DNA of 64,000 bases, taken from assembly GCA_050945835.1 (NCBI GenBank), contig JBMNTR010000008.1, forward strand, positions 25,276-89,275. Direction: 5' to 3'. Source of the stretch: Christensenellales bacterium. GTDB lineage: Bacteria > Bacillota > Clostridia > Christensenellales > JBMNTQ01. The notes under the pieces are model-generated. The model did not search any database. It worked only from the letters and a program-made list of their open reading frames with translations, and was not told the DNA's origin. This document shows positions 53,366 through 62,152 of this stretch, piece after piece (within the stretch, counting starts at the first letter, position 1; every line of letters starts with the position of its first letter). Both the position numbers and the translations under genes were made by a program.

Positions 53366-54253
53366 TCATTTGACTTCTACGCCGATTATGTCTTCATAAA
53401 GCTTGATAATAGCCCAATTGTCTTCTGTGGGGAATTTTTTAAAGGCCGCATGGATAATTTCGTTGCATATTGCTGTTTCATAAAGCGGCACTTCAAGATC
53501 CTTTGCCATTTCCATCAGTAAGTTTGTATCTTTATACAGCGTCTTTAATTGTACGCCGCCACCGGAAAACTGTCTGCTGAGAATCTTGTTCGAATCATGC
53601 TTGAATGTCGGTGAGCTTCCGGTCCCGTTTCCAAGCACTTCGATCATCTGCTGCGGATCAAGTCCGGCTTTTATCCCGAACGCCATCGCCTCACAGGTTC
53701 CGATCGTGCAGATGGTGCTGAGTATACCGTTGCAGTGCTTCATGAGCTGTCCGTATCCCGGTTTGTCTCCAACGATTACAAGCATTGTACCGATAACATC
53801 AAGGATGTCTCTACATTCATCAATAGTATCTTTAGATCCCGAAACCATCATTGTAAGCACACCGGCTTCTGCACCGATTTGCCCTCCGGTTACCGCACAG
53901 TCTATTATGTGTATACCCTTCTTTGCTGCCTCTGCCGCAATGTCCTCCATCGATTTCATGCCAATAGTTGCAGTGATTATTACGGTCGCGCCTTCACGAA
54001 GCGTTTCAAGCAGACCGTTTTTTTCAAACATGACCGACCTTACCTGATCTGCATTAAAGACCATGATGACAGCGACATCAATATTTTCCCCAACTTGTCT
54101 GTTGCTGCTGCAAGGCAGGCCTCCGTTTTGTTTAAACTGTTCCATTCTTTCAGGATTCATATCGAATCCTTGTACGAAATAGCCGGCTCTGAGCAAATTT
54201 CTGGACATATAGATACCCATATCTCCAAGTCCGATGAATCCAATCTTTTGCAT
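53366..54253 (-). CDS. NAD(P)-dependent beta-hydroxyacid dehydrogenase (3-hydroxyisobutyrate / tartronate semialdehyde reductase family)
   Basis: KIGFIGLGDMGIYMSRNL Rossmann motif and a 6PGDH-like C-terminal helical domain. Confidence 0.75.
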   Translation of the reverse strand: MQKIGFIGLGDMGIYMSRNLLRAGYFVQGFDMNPERMEQFKQNGGLPCSSNRQVGENIDVAVIMVFNADQVRSVMFEKNGLLETLREGATVIITATIGMKSMEDIAAEAAKKGIHIIDCAVTGGQIGAEAGVLTMMVSGSKDTIDECRDILDVIGTMLVIVGDKPGYGQLMKHCNGILSTICTIGTCEAMAFGIKAGLDPQQMIEVLGNGTGSSPTFKHDSNKILSRQFSGGGVQLKTLYKDTNLLMEMAKDLEVPLYETAICNEIIHAAFKKFPTEDNWAIIKLYEDIIGVEVK

Positions 54254-54312
54254 ATTGATCATATCTCCTTCATACAATTATTATTTTATTAGGCTTAATG
54301 AATTAAAATTGA

Positions 54313-55074
54313 CTATAGGTTTGCGAATGCTACCCATGTGGTTAGATTCATTCCGCCGTCGACAGTTAATATTTCACCATTTATCAGCGAAGCTTTATCC
54401 GAAGCAATGAAATATATAGCCTCCGAAAGTTCTCTCGGGTCACCATTTCTCTTAAGTGGGCTTATGTTTGCCCTGGCTTCTCTCATACCCGGCAGTTCAT
54501 ATCTTGCATGATTAATTTCTGTCTCAAACGGACCCGGACAGACACAGTTTGTCCTGATGTTGTATTTGCCCCATTCAACCGCTGTACATTTGGTCATCAT
54601 AATGATTCCGGCTTTTGTACTGCTGTATGCAATGGTGCCTTCCGGCATAGGTGCAAGACCCGCCATTGATGCGATATTAACAATCGAACCACCGCGTTCC
54701 ATCATGGTTGATCCAAAGATCTTTGTGCAGTTGAACGTACCTGTCATATTTACACTGACGTTGAGATCCCAGTTTTCGTCAGGCAGTACGTCTATCGCTT
54801 GCTTCCACACTCCCTGCACGCCGGCGTTGTTGATGAGTACGTCAATTTTTCCGAATTTCTTAAGGATCTTGTCGCGTATGTTCTTTAATCCGTCTCTGTC
54901 TCTGACATCACAGACGTACGAAATCGCACTTTCTGTATCATCCATCCATTCAGCCTTGATAATATCAATACAAATAATCATGAATCCGCGTTCTAAAAAT
55001 AGTTCCGCGTGTTTTCGACCCAAACCGCTATGCGCCCCTGTGATCAGCATTACTTTTTGATCTATCATTTTCAA
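54313..55074 (-). CDS. SDR-family oxidoreductase
   Basis: TGAHSGLGR (TGxxxGxG), NNAG and YSSTK (YxxxK) motifs. Confidence 0.8.
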   Translation of the reverse strand: MKMIDQKVMLITGAHSGLGRKHAELFLERGFMIICIDIIKAEWMDDTESAISYVCDVRDRDGLKNIRDKILKKFGKIDVLINNAGVQGVWKQAIDVLPDENWDLNVSVNMTGTFNCTKIFGSTMMERGGSIVNIASMAGLAPMPEGTIAYSSTKAGIIMMTKCTAVEWGKYNIRTNCVCPGPFETEINHARYELPGMREARANISPLKRNGDPRELSEAIYFIASDKASLINGEILTVDGGMNLTTWVAFANL

Positions 55075-55496
55075 CCTCTAAAAACTTCAACTAGACTATT
55101 TCTTCTAAACTCGGAATATTGCATAGTTATCATCTATTGCATTGCGACGTGCATTGGAATTACTTTGTTATGGATAAATTATACTTGCTTGTGGTTTTAA
55201 ATGTTATGAAGCATATTGTTATTCAAATCAATTATCTTGCGCTAAGTTTCATTTCAAGATTGTTTGGAAAATTATTTATCGCATTGTAAAACTTGCAAAT
55301 TTAGACGGTTTCATCTATAATGGTGTCGAATATTTAGCCGGAATTTCCCACAATACACTTTTTTAATTGACGAATGGTATGTTGGAAATTCTAACAGATC
55401 AGTTGTCTATGTGGTTGTATTTATATTAAATATATTGTGAATTTTAACAAATTAGTTGTTTACATGGTTTTATCTATTTGATATGGTAGTGATTAT

Positions 55497-56366
55497 ATGA
55501 AAAAGCTATTCTTCAATGACCCTCAACAGAATAATGCTTCCAATATTAGACTCCCCAATATTCGAAGTTTAATTGTGAATGCCGGGCCTCTTAAGGTTGC
55601 GCAAAGCCCACATATCCACAGATATCCTGAGATAGGTTATTTCTACAATTTCAACGGTACTCATACAATAAACGGCAAGACTTATCAGGTGGGGGGTGAC
55701 AGTCTCGTCATTTTAAATGGCGGAGTAATACATTCAGAAATATCAGTGGATGAACAATATTGTGCATATTCTATCGTTTTAGATGATTTGTTGCTCACTG
55801 ATCTGCCGAAGAATGCCATAATATCGGATATTCGTTGCCCCGTCGTTCCATGCGGAAAATATGCAAATGAGATACGCAATGTTTTTCTGGAAAATTTAAC
55901 GATTCGCGAAAGTAGAGAAGAATACTATTATGAACTGATCCAGTATAATGTTGCCAAGATTCTTTATTATATAACACAATTACTTCCCCACAGTATGGTT
56001 GCTCCAAACCATACTGTTTCAGCCACCACATTGGAAATACAAAAATTTATTGATCACCATTATAATACAAGAATTACTTTGGATTCTCTTTCTAAGCAAT
56101 TTTATATGTCAGCCTTCCATATAGTTCATTTGCTGACGAAAGAGATCGGGATATCTCCTATTAATTATCTTATAAGTCGAAGGATTGGGGAATCTCAAAG
56201 ATACCTGATGCATTCAGGTAAATCTATCAGTGAGATCGCATTGCTTGTCGGCTATGAGAATGTTAATCATTTTTCGAACATGTTTTCAAAACGTATTGGC
56301 ATGTTTCCGGGAGAATACAGAAAGCTTATGCATGCATCTAAAACCGATAACTTCGAGATGCACTGA
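55497..56366 (+). CDS. AraC-family transcriptional regulator (cupin + HTH_18)
   Basis: N-terminal cupin-like sensor domain and C-terminal SISEIALLVGYENVNHFSNMFSKRIGMFPGEYR. It is divergent from the SDR gene across an AT-rich region of about 420 bp. Confidence 0.8.
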   Translation: MKKLFFNDPQQNNASNIRLPNIRSLIVNAGPLKVAQSPHIHRYPEIGYFYNFNGTHTINGKTYQVGGDSLVILNGGVIHSEISVDEQYCAYSIVLDDLLLTDLPKNAIISDIRCPVVPCGKYANEIRNVFLENLTIRESREEYYYELIQYNVAKILYYITQLLPHSMVAPNHTVSATTLEIQKFIDHHYNTRITLDSLSKQFYMSAFHIVHLLTKEIGISPINYLISRRIGESQRYLMHSGKSISEIALLVGYENVNHFSNMFSKRIGMFPGEYRKLMHASKTDNFEMH

Positions 56367-56802
56367 AGAAGTTAGGTTCAGTCGAAAAAGCATCATAGTG
56401 ACCTGCCCCTATTGTCGCACATTTGGACTTTTAGGATTCACCTGAAATCATGAACGCATATTGGGCTGGCGTCAGATTATCCAGCGATATAAGTAGTATC
56501 AAAGAAGTGTATAAAGCTCCATTGTCAGTCAGAGGCAACGTTTTAAATTTTGTGTATCCTCTGGAATGAGAAGTAGAATATCGAACATATCTTTTCTAAA
56601 GGGCTGAGTCTTTAGCTCCTTTTTCAGTAATTTAACAAATTAGAACTCTATCGTCAAGAGTAAATGTCCCAAGCAGATAGTTGGTAAGGCAGGCGATTTG
56701 TGAAAAGCACAGATAGCTGATTATGGATCTCACCCCAACCCTTACGCTTTCCAGTCCATGTCATTGAGTTGTTCGCCTTTGCCTTTGCGCTATACTCTTC
56801 TT

Positions 56803-57108
56803 TCAGCATTTTAGCCCACTGCATTTTTCGCTAAAAGTGAAATCTTTTCTATTTTCATTCTCAGACACTTCAAGTTCAACATGATGCAGCGCATCCCGTA
56901 CCGTCATCACATTAACCTTAATTTGTTTCCAACCTAAGTGCTGTACAACACGTAATCTGCGTTCGCCAGCAATCAGTTCTAAGTCTGGTGTTACTGCCGG
57001 AGGGTTAATCAAACCATTTTTAGCTATATCCGCAGCCAGCTCCTCAATATTGCCAAAACCTTTCCTGATGCGGTCGCCCACCTTGATTTGCTCTACCTCA
57101 ACCATCAT
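56803..57108 (-). pseudogene. ParB/Srx-like N-terminal domain protein, frameshifted after about 95 codons
   Basis: IKVGDRIRKGFGNIEELAADIAKNGLINPPAVTPDLELIAGERRLRVVQHLGW is a ParB-N domain. The expected continuation (AQWAKMLKEEYSAKAKANN...) lies in another frame below 56815. Confidence 0.55.
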
Positions 57109-57558
57109 ATAAAAGCCCTCCTTTTATAATCGAACAAGTGTTCCTGTTTTTGTATTGTAACTTATTTATATATCATTTACAAGTGCTTTTTTAAAATATA
57201 AAAAGACGTCCAAATGAACGTCTTAGTCTATGGGATGTGATGTGTTTTGTTACCAGAATATACCTATTGAAGAACCGGCTGCATAAATAAGTCCAAACGC
57301 AATCAATCCTCCTAAAATACCCAATATAATTAGCCCTGCCTCACGATTTAGATTTTTTTCTTGATATTTCCGCTATTTCTGCTGCTCGTGCATCTGCTGC
57401 CGCTTTTTCCTCTCGCGCCTTTCTTTCGCGCTCCTCAAACATCTCTGGCTTGTTCTTTTTAAACCATTTTTCAAAGTCATCTGGGGTGTCTTCTGGGAAT
57501 TTTACATGTATAAAAATAATATCTTTATTGTTCCGATTATATGATATGTCATCTTCAG

Positions 57559-57801
57559 TTACCTCACCCTCATATATCCCTGAATACCGTGTTTCATATT
57601 TGATCTCACAGTAGGGTTCAGCCTTTTTGTTAATCTTGCTATTTCTCGTTCTCCGCCATTTAAACTTCCTAAATGATATAAAGAAACCCGATATGATCCA
57701 TCATCCTGAATATCTACGCCAGATATTCCACGAGTTGTGTAGTACCGTTCTGACTCTAAAAATCTCTTCAAAGCAAATAGCGCATATGTACGCGTCCCCA
57801 T
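57559..57801 (-). CDS. hypothetical protein (mobile-element remnant)
   Basis: An 80-aa ORF in the AT-rich region. No family recognised. Neighbouring frames show further broken ORFs. Confidence 0.25.
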   Translation of the reverse strand: MGTRTYALFALKRFLESERYYTTRGISGVDIQDDGSYRVSLYHLGSLNGGEREIARLTKRLNPTVRSNMKHGIQGYMRVR

Positions 57802-58139
57802 TATTCCTTCTTTTTCACGATCCTTAAACCACTGCTTTTGTTTTCTCCATACTCCCTATAATATTCCGCAAATGGATTATAATATCTACCCCAAGAAAAG
57901 GACGGAATAAGAGGTCTGATTCCGTCCTCAATCAATAGATATTGTGCTAATCCGTTTTCATACTCCGACTGTGCAAGACCGTTTTCTTCAAGGAACGGTA
58001 TTAACTCTTTGGGGGTAATATTTTCTTTCAAGATACCGCCTTCTCGCACCATCCTTTTAATTTCAAATTCACGATTACGATCAGAAGACCAAAATTGTCT
58101 ATCACCCTCCATTTGAGTCGAGATTTTCAATGGCATCAT
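57801..58139 (-). CDS. hypothetical protein (mobile-element associated)
   Basis: A 112-aa ORF that overlaps the neighbouring ORFs in operon fashion. No family recognised. Confidence 0.3.
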   Translation of the reverse strand: MMPLKISTQMEGDRQFWSSDRNREFEIKRMVREGGILKENITPKELIPFLEENGLAQSEYENGLAQYLLIEDGIRPLIPSFSWGRYYNPFAEYYREYGENKSSGLRIVKKKE

Positions 58140-58311
58140 CTAACGCTTCTATAGCGGATTCGTTTTCATAATAACGGTCTGATGATTGTAGGTTTTCTGG
58201 TGTGTTGTCGAGAGCGTCTTGCTCATCTTGTCTTACATCGTCTAAAATATCCTTAGCTTCAACTGAGAGGTTAACTGCTTGCTGGATTTGATTTTTACGT
58301 TCTTTGTTCAT
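58102..58311 (-). CDS. small acidic helical hypothetical protein (mobile-element associated)
   Basis: VRQDEQDALDNTPENLQSSDRYYENESAIEALDDAIENL resembles small acidic proteins I recall from Firmicute conjugative or phage elements. Confidence 0.35.
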   Translation of the reverse strand: MNKERKNQIQQAVNLSVEAKDILDDVRQDEQDALDNTPENLQSSDRYYENESAIEALDDAIENLDSNGG

Positions 58312-58400
58312 TGATATTATACCTCATTTTATGTTATTCAGCAACATAAATAAGGAGACAGGATTAACCCATCTCTTTATGCTTCGCTATATATAATATA

Positions 58401-58628
58401 TTATTTCGGCACCAGTATTGTTTTAGCATCAGGGGTAGTGTATTTATCATAACCCATGTCAAGTAGATGCGCAAGGGGATAGGGCATATATATCTCCACT
58501 GGCACATCAGGAGCAAACGCAAAGCAAACCGCATCCTTTACAATTATCTCATCGTCGCCGTATGTTTTTATATGTGGAATGCCATACAATTCTTTAGGCA
58601 CATGGCGGAATACATAATCCCTATCCAT
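58401..58628 (-). CDS. hypothetical protein (mobile-element associated)
   Basis: A 75-aa ORF and the last AT-rich ORF before the backbone resumes. Confidence 0.3.
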   Translation of the reverse strand: MDRDYVFRHVPKELYGIPHIKTYGDDEIIVKDAVCFAFAPDVPVEIYMPYPLAHLLDMGYDKYTTPDAKTILVPK

Positions 58629-58711
58629 GTATTGGGGCTTCCCACTTCCAATATGTCAACGTCATATCCTTTCCCTGATACCGTTAAAACAATACGTGCC
58701 GCAATGACCAC

Positions 58712-59917
58712 CTAGATCAGGTTTATCCTTGTGTCCTTTGCAAACAGGTGTATCCATTCGTCGTTGATCTCGATATCGATGGCCGCCCCGTATTCAAAAC
58801 CGTTTTTGTTCGCTTCGAGCAGGCTGATGACCGGCACACGCAGCACCGCGTCAACCTCCTGTATGGTCACATGCAGATAGATCTCGCTGCCCATCATCTC
58901 TGAAACGCCTACCGCAGCGGGAACGCTGTTTGCGCCGCCATACGCAAGGCTGCAATGCTCTGGGCGGATACCCATCACCACTTCCTGCGGCACTACGCCT
59001 TTGGCCTTTAGCTGCTCCTGTTTCGCAAAGGAAAGCTGAAGGCGCGCGCCTGTTGCCATTTCCACGCCATACGTATCACCCTCCAACACAAGCTGCGCGT
59101 CGAAGAAGTTCATCTGCGGCGTGCCAATAAACCCCGCGACGAATTGATTGACCGGATGGTCGAACACCTCATTGGGCGTGCCGATCTGCTGCACCAGACC
59201 GTCCTTCATGATGACGATGCGGTCTCCCAGCGTCATAGCCTCCGTCTGGTCGTGCGTCACGTAGATAAAGGTGGTATTGATGCGTTTGTGCAGCTTAATC
59301 AACTCAGCGCGCATCTGGTTCCTCAGCTTCGCGTCCAGATTGGAAAGCGGTTCGTCCATCAAAAATACCTGCGGCTTGCGCACGATGGCACGGCCGATGG
59401 CGACGCGCTGGCGCTGTCCGCCGGAAAGCGCCTTGGGCTTGCGGTTCAGATATTCCATAATGTCGAGGATTTCCGCCGCCTCCCGCACCATGCGGTCAAT
59501 CTCCTTTTTGGGCGTCTTGCGCAGCTTAAGCGCAAAAGCCATGTTATCGTATACCGTCATATGCGGATACAAAGCGTAATTCTGGAAAACCATCGCGATG
59601 TCCCTGTCTTTTGGGGGAATGTCGTTTACATGCTGGTCACCGATGTACAGCTCGCCTTCCGTGATCTCCTCCAGCCCCGCGATCATGCGCAGGGTAGTGG
59701 ATTTACCGCAACCGGAAGGACCCACGAGCACAATAAACTCTTTGTCTTCAATCTTGAGGTTCAGCTCCTGTACCGCGACCACGCCCTTGTCCGTTTTAAG
59801 CAGGTTTGGCGCTTCTTCCATATACGCTTCGGCCTTTCTCTTCTTCGCCGCTTTCTTTTCCCTGCCCGGGCTGTAGGGATAGAGCTTCTTTAAATCTTTC
59901 AACAATAAGCTTGCCAT
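58712..59917 (-). CDS. msmK: sugar ABC transporter ATP-binding protein (MsmK/UgpC/MalK type)
   Basis: [44 protein letters not shown] and a MalK-type C-terminal TOBE domain. A Lys-rich insert of about 30 aa ([30 protein letters not shown]) precedes Walker A. Confidence 0.85.
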   Translation of the reverse strand: MASLLLKDLKKLYPYSPGREKKAAKKRKAEAYMEEAPNLLKTDKGVVAVQELNLKIEDKEFIVLVGPSGCGKSTTLRMIAGLEEITEGELYIGDQHVNDIPPKDRDIAMVFQNYALYPHMTVYDNMAFALKLRKTPKKEIDRMVREAAEILDIMEYLNRKPKALSGGQRQRVAIGRAIVRKPQVFLMDEPLSNLDAKLRNQMRAELIKLHKRINTTFIYVTHDQTEAMTLGDRIVIMKDGLVQQIGTPNEVFDHPVNQFVAGFIGTPQMNFFDAQLVLEGDTYGVEMATGARLQLSFAKQEQLKAKGVVPQEVVMGIRPEHCSLAYGGANSVPAAVGVSEMMGSEIYLHVTIQEVDAVLRVPVISLLEANKNGFEYGAAIDIEINDEWIHLFAKDTRINLI

Positions 59918-60036
59918 ATCTTTTAGCCGCACCTCTGCCTTGCGCCAAAGCTTGACGCCGCTCAGTCATACGGCTGCAACCTCCTTTTTATGCGCGGCGG
60001 GCCAAAATACTCGCCGGACGCTTCATTCCCCTGGGG

Positions 60037-60831
60037 TTATAACACGCAGCATACGGCGCAAACATCAAAGAGGATGGCTTGCGCCGTTTTGAGCACTGAA
60101 AGCGCGGTTTCCATGGGTACGGTGATGTGCGCCTCCATCACATCCATGACCTTGCCCGTCTGCACATCGATGCCCATACGCCACAGATCCCGGTGCTCCG
60201 TCATCGGAATGTGGCCGGATTCAAGGCCGAATTGTTTCAGGCTGTAGAACTGTGTGGGCGCAACCGCCTTGATGCAGGCAAACGCCCCGTGCGGCTCGCA
60301 TCCGGCGTTTTGTGCCAGTATAAGAAACGGCTTTTCCAGCGCGTATATAAACTTTTGGCAGGCCGGGTGCGTGACGCCTTTCTCAAACGCGCGCATCATC
60401 GGCCTGCAAAGGTTTAACAGGTACAGCCCGCCGCCCGGGAGGTCTTCGCTGTTGGCTTTCACGATCTCCCGCAGCTTTTCCGCAGCCGTTTTTAAGAAAA
60501 ACTCCACGCCGGCAAGAAAATCCTGTCTATCCATGCCGCTGTCCCGTGCGGTTTTTAAACACGCGTTCGCCAGCAGAATCGCGGTTTTCAAACCGTCGCC
60601 GGGCAGTTCTTGCTGTGTGATCAATCGCCGCGCGTATTCAGCGTTTGGATCCTCAAAGCGCCCGTTCATTAAAACTTCCTTCATGTTAGCCGAGCAGACC
60701 GATGCGCCCGTTGCGTCCGCGCAGAGTATACTGCCGCCGCCATAAGCTTTTTCCGCTACCTGCGCGATTATATCCATACCCTGCGCTAATTCCGGGCAGC
60801 AAACCGGTCTTTCTATTTTCACATCAAACAT
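60037..60831 (-). CDS. Cpn60/GroEL-like protein consisting of the equatorial domain only
   Basis: AAGGAGGGG RBS before ATG 60831. The 264-aa product shows by-eye matches to both halves of the GroEL equatorial domain ([15 protein letters not shown] vs [23 protein letters not shown] vs [44 protein letters not shown] vs ...[26 protein letters not shown]). No apical or intermediate domain is present. Confidence 0.55.
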   Translation of the reverse strand: [264 protein letters not shown]

Positions 60832-60847
60832 ATTATTCCCCTCCTTC

Positions 60848-62125
60848 TTACAGATCGACATTCTGTGTACGCAAAATCTGCTGTATCTCTTTGATATCGA
60901 GCGCTCCGGGATCCATGTTTTTTTCCACGCTCAGGCTCGCCACGACGCCCATCGCATGCCCCATGTTCATGCAAATAGGCATGATGCGGTAGCTGGAGTG
61001 TGCCTTATGCGTGCCGCTGATGTTTCGGCCGTTGAGCAAAAGCCCATCCACATTCTGAGGCAGGAAGCATCTAATGGGTATCGTATAATAGTTTTGCTGT
61101 TTAAACGCCTTGTAAGCGCCGTCACTATCCAATCCGGGGCCTGAGACGTTATGCAGGTCGAAGAAAAACCGGGATTTGGTGACCACCCAATCCTCGAACA
61201 CCCGCGCGTTCGCGATATCATCTTCGTGCAGTTGATAACCTGCGGCAAAGCGCCGCGTTTCCCGCACGCCGACGGAATTGGCGGTATCGCATACATAACA
61301 AGCCTCATAGCCCGGTACGTATTTGTGGAGGAACTTCGTTATTTCGTCGATCTGTTTCCGGCATTCGTAATCCGCACGGTTCAGGTCGCGCACATCCGTG
61401 CCGTCCACGCCGATGACGTTGGTCATATTGACTGTTATCGTACCGGGCAAGGAGGAAGGATATAGAAGGACATGCCCCGCCGGCGCGGGCAGTTTCTGCT
61501 GCGCGAGCTCCTGCAAGTCTCCTTGCGGCAGCTGCACCGTGTCCTCAAAACCCCAGAAGAACATCGCACGATCCATATCCACGCCTGCGAGCTTAAACAT
61601 GGTGGTCATGGGCTGCATACCGCCGTCTTTCCTGCCCTTTTCAAAGGGCACGCCTGCATATGCTGCTACGTCGCCGTCGCCTGTTGAGTCGATGACGATA
61701 TCGCATAAGACAGCCTCCCGTCCGGACTTACTCTGTGTAATCACGCCGACGACGCGGTTGTCCTCCATGATGACGCCGCTGAAAAATGTGTATAGCTGTA
61801 CCTGCGCTCCTGCTTCATAGAGCATTTCAAGCATAACCAGCTTCAGCTTTTCCGGATTGATGACCTGCGGGCATTCGCAGTCTTGGGCACGTTCCCGGAG
61901 CTCTTCGAAGCAGCCGCCTTCCTGATGTCCTGTCCAGTGGCTCATGATGCCGTTGGTGGCGATGCCGCCCACCGCACCGGATTGCTCGATGATGAGCACA
62001 TCCCTGCCCATGCGCGCTGCCGTCAGCGCCGCGCCAAAGCCCGCCGGCCCCGCGCCAACCACCAACACCTCGACCTTTTGTACGATGGGGATTTGTTTTG
62101 AAGGTTCTTCATAATACCTTAACAT
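60848..62125 (-). CDS. FAD-dependent oxidoreductase (GidA-like/FAD_oxidored type)
   Basis: VLVVGAGPAGFGAALTAARMGRDVLIIEQSGAVGG is a dinucleotide-binding motif. The 425-aa product lies inside the sugar ABC operon. Confidence 0.75.
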   Translation of the reverse strand: MLRYYEEPSKQIPIVQKVEVLVVGAGPAGFGAALTAARMGRDVLIIEQSGAVGGIATNGIMSHWTGHQEGGCFEELRERAQDCECPQVINPEKLKLVMLEMLYEAGAQVQLYTFFSGVIMEDNRVVGVITQSKSGREAVLCDIVIDSTGDGDVAAYAGVPFEKGRKDGGMQPMTTMFKLAGVDMDRAMFFWGFEDTVQLPQGDLQELAQQKLPAPAGHVLLYPSSLPGTITVNMTNVIGVDGTDVRDLNRADYECRKQIDEITKFLHKYVPGYEACYVCDTANSVGVRETRRFAAGYQLHEDDIANARVFEDWVVTKSRFFFDLHNVSGPGLDSDGAYKAFKQQNYYTIPIRCFLPQNVDGLLLNGRNISGTHKAHSSYRIMPICMNMGHAMGVVASLSVEKNMDPGALDIKEIQQILRTQNVDL

Positions 62126-62152
62126 GAACGATCTCCTTTCCAGATTAAGCTT

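Larger units (their letters stand above)
40700..58711. mobile_element. roughly 18-kb AT-richer mosaic genomic island (decayed integrative/phage/IS material plus an intact transport-catabolic cassette)
   Basis: Composition changes abruptly. Hand counts gave about 42% GC for a 60-nt sample at 50.1 kb and about 73% for one at 30.0 kb, from a backbone that is above 50% GC by eye. A recombinase stub sits at the left edge. The interior holds IS3 and IS256 fragments, phage head genes with stops and frameshifts, and a ParB-like fragment. The right edge abuts the msmK stop codon. Confidence 0.6.
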
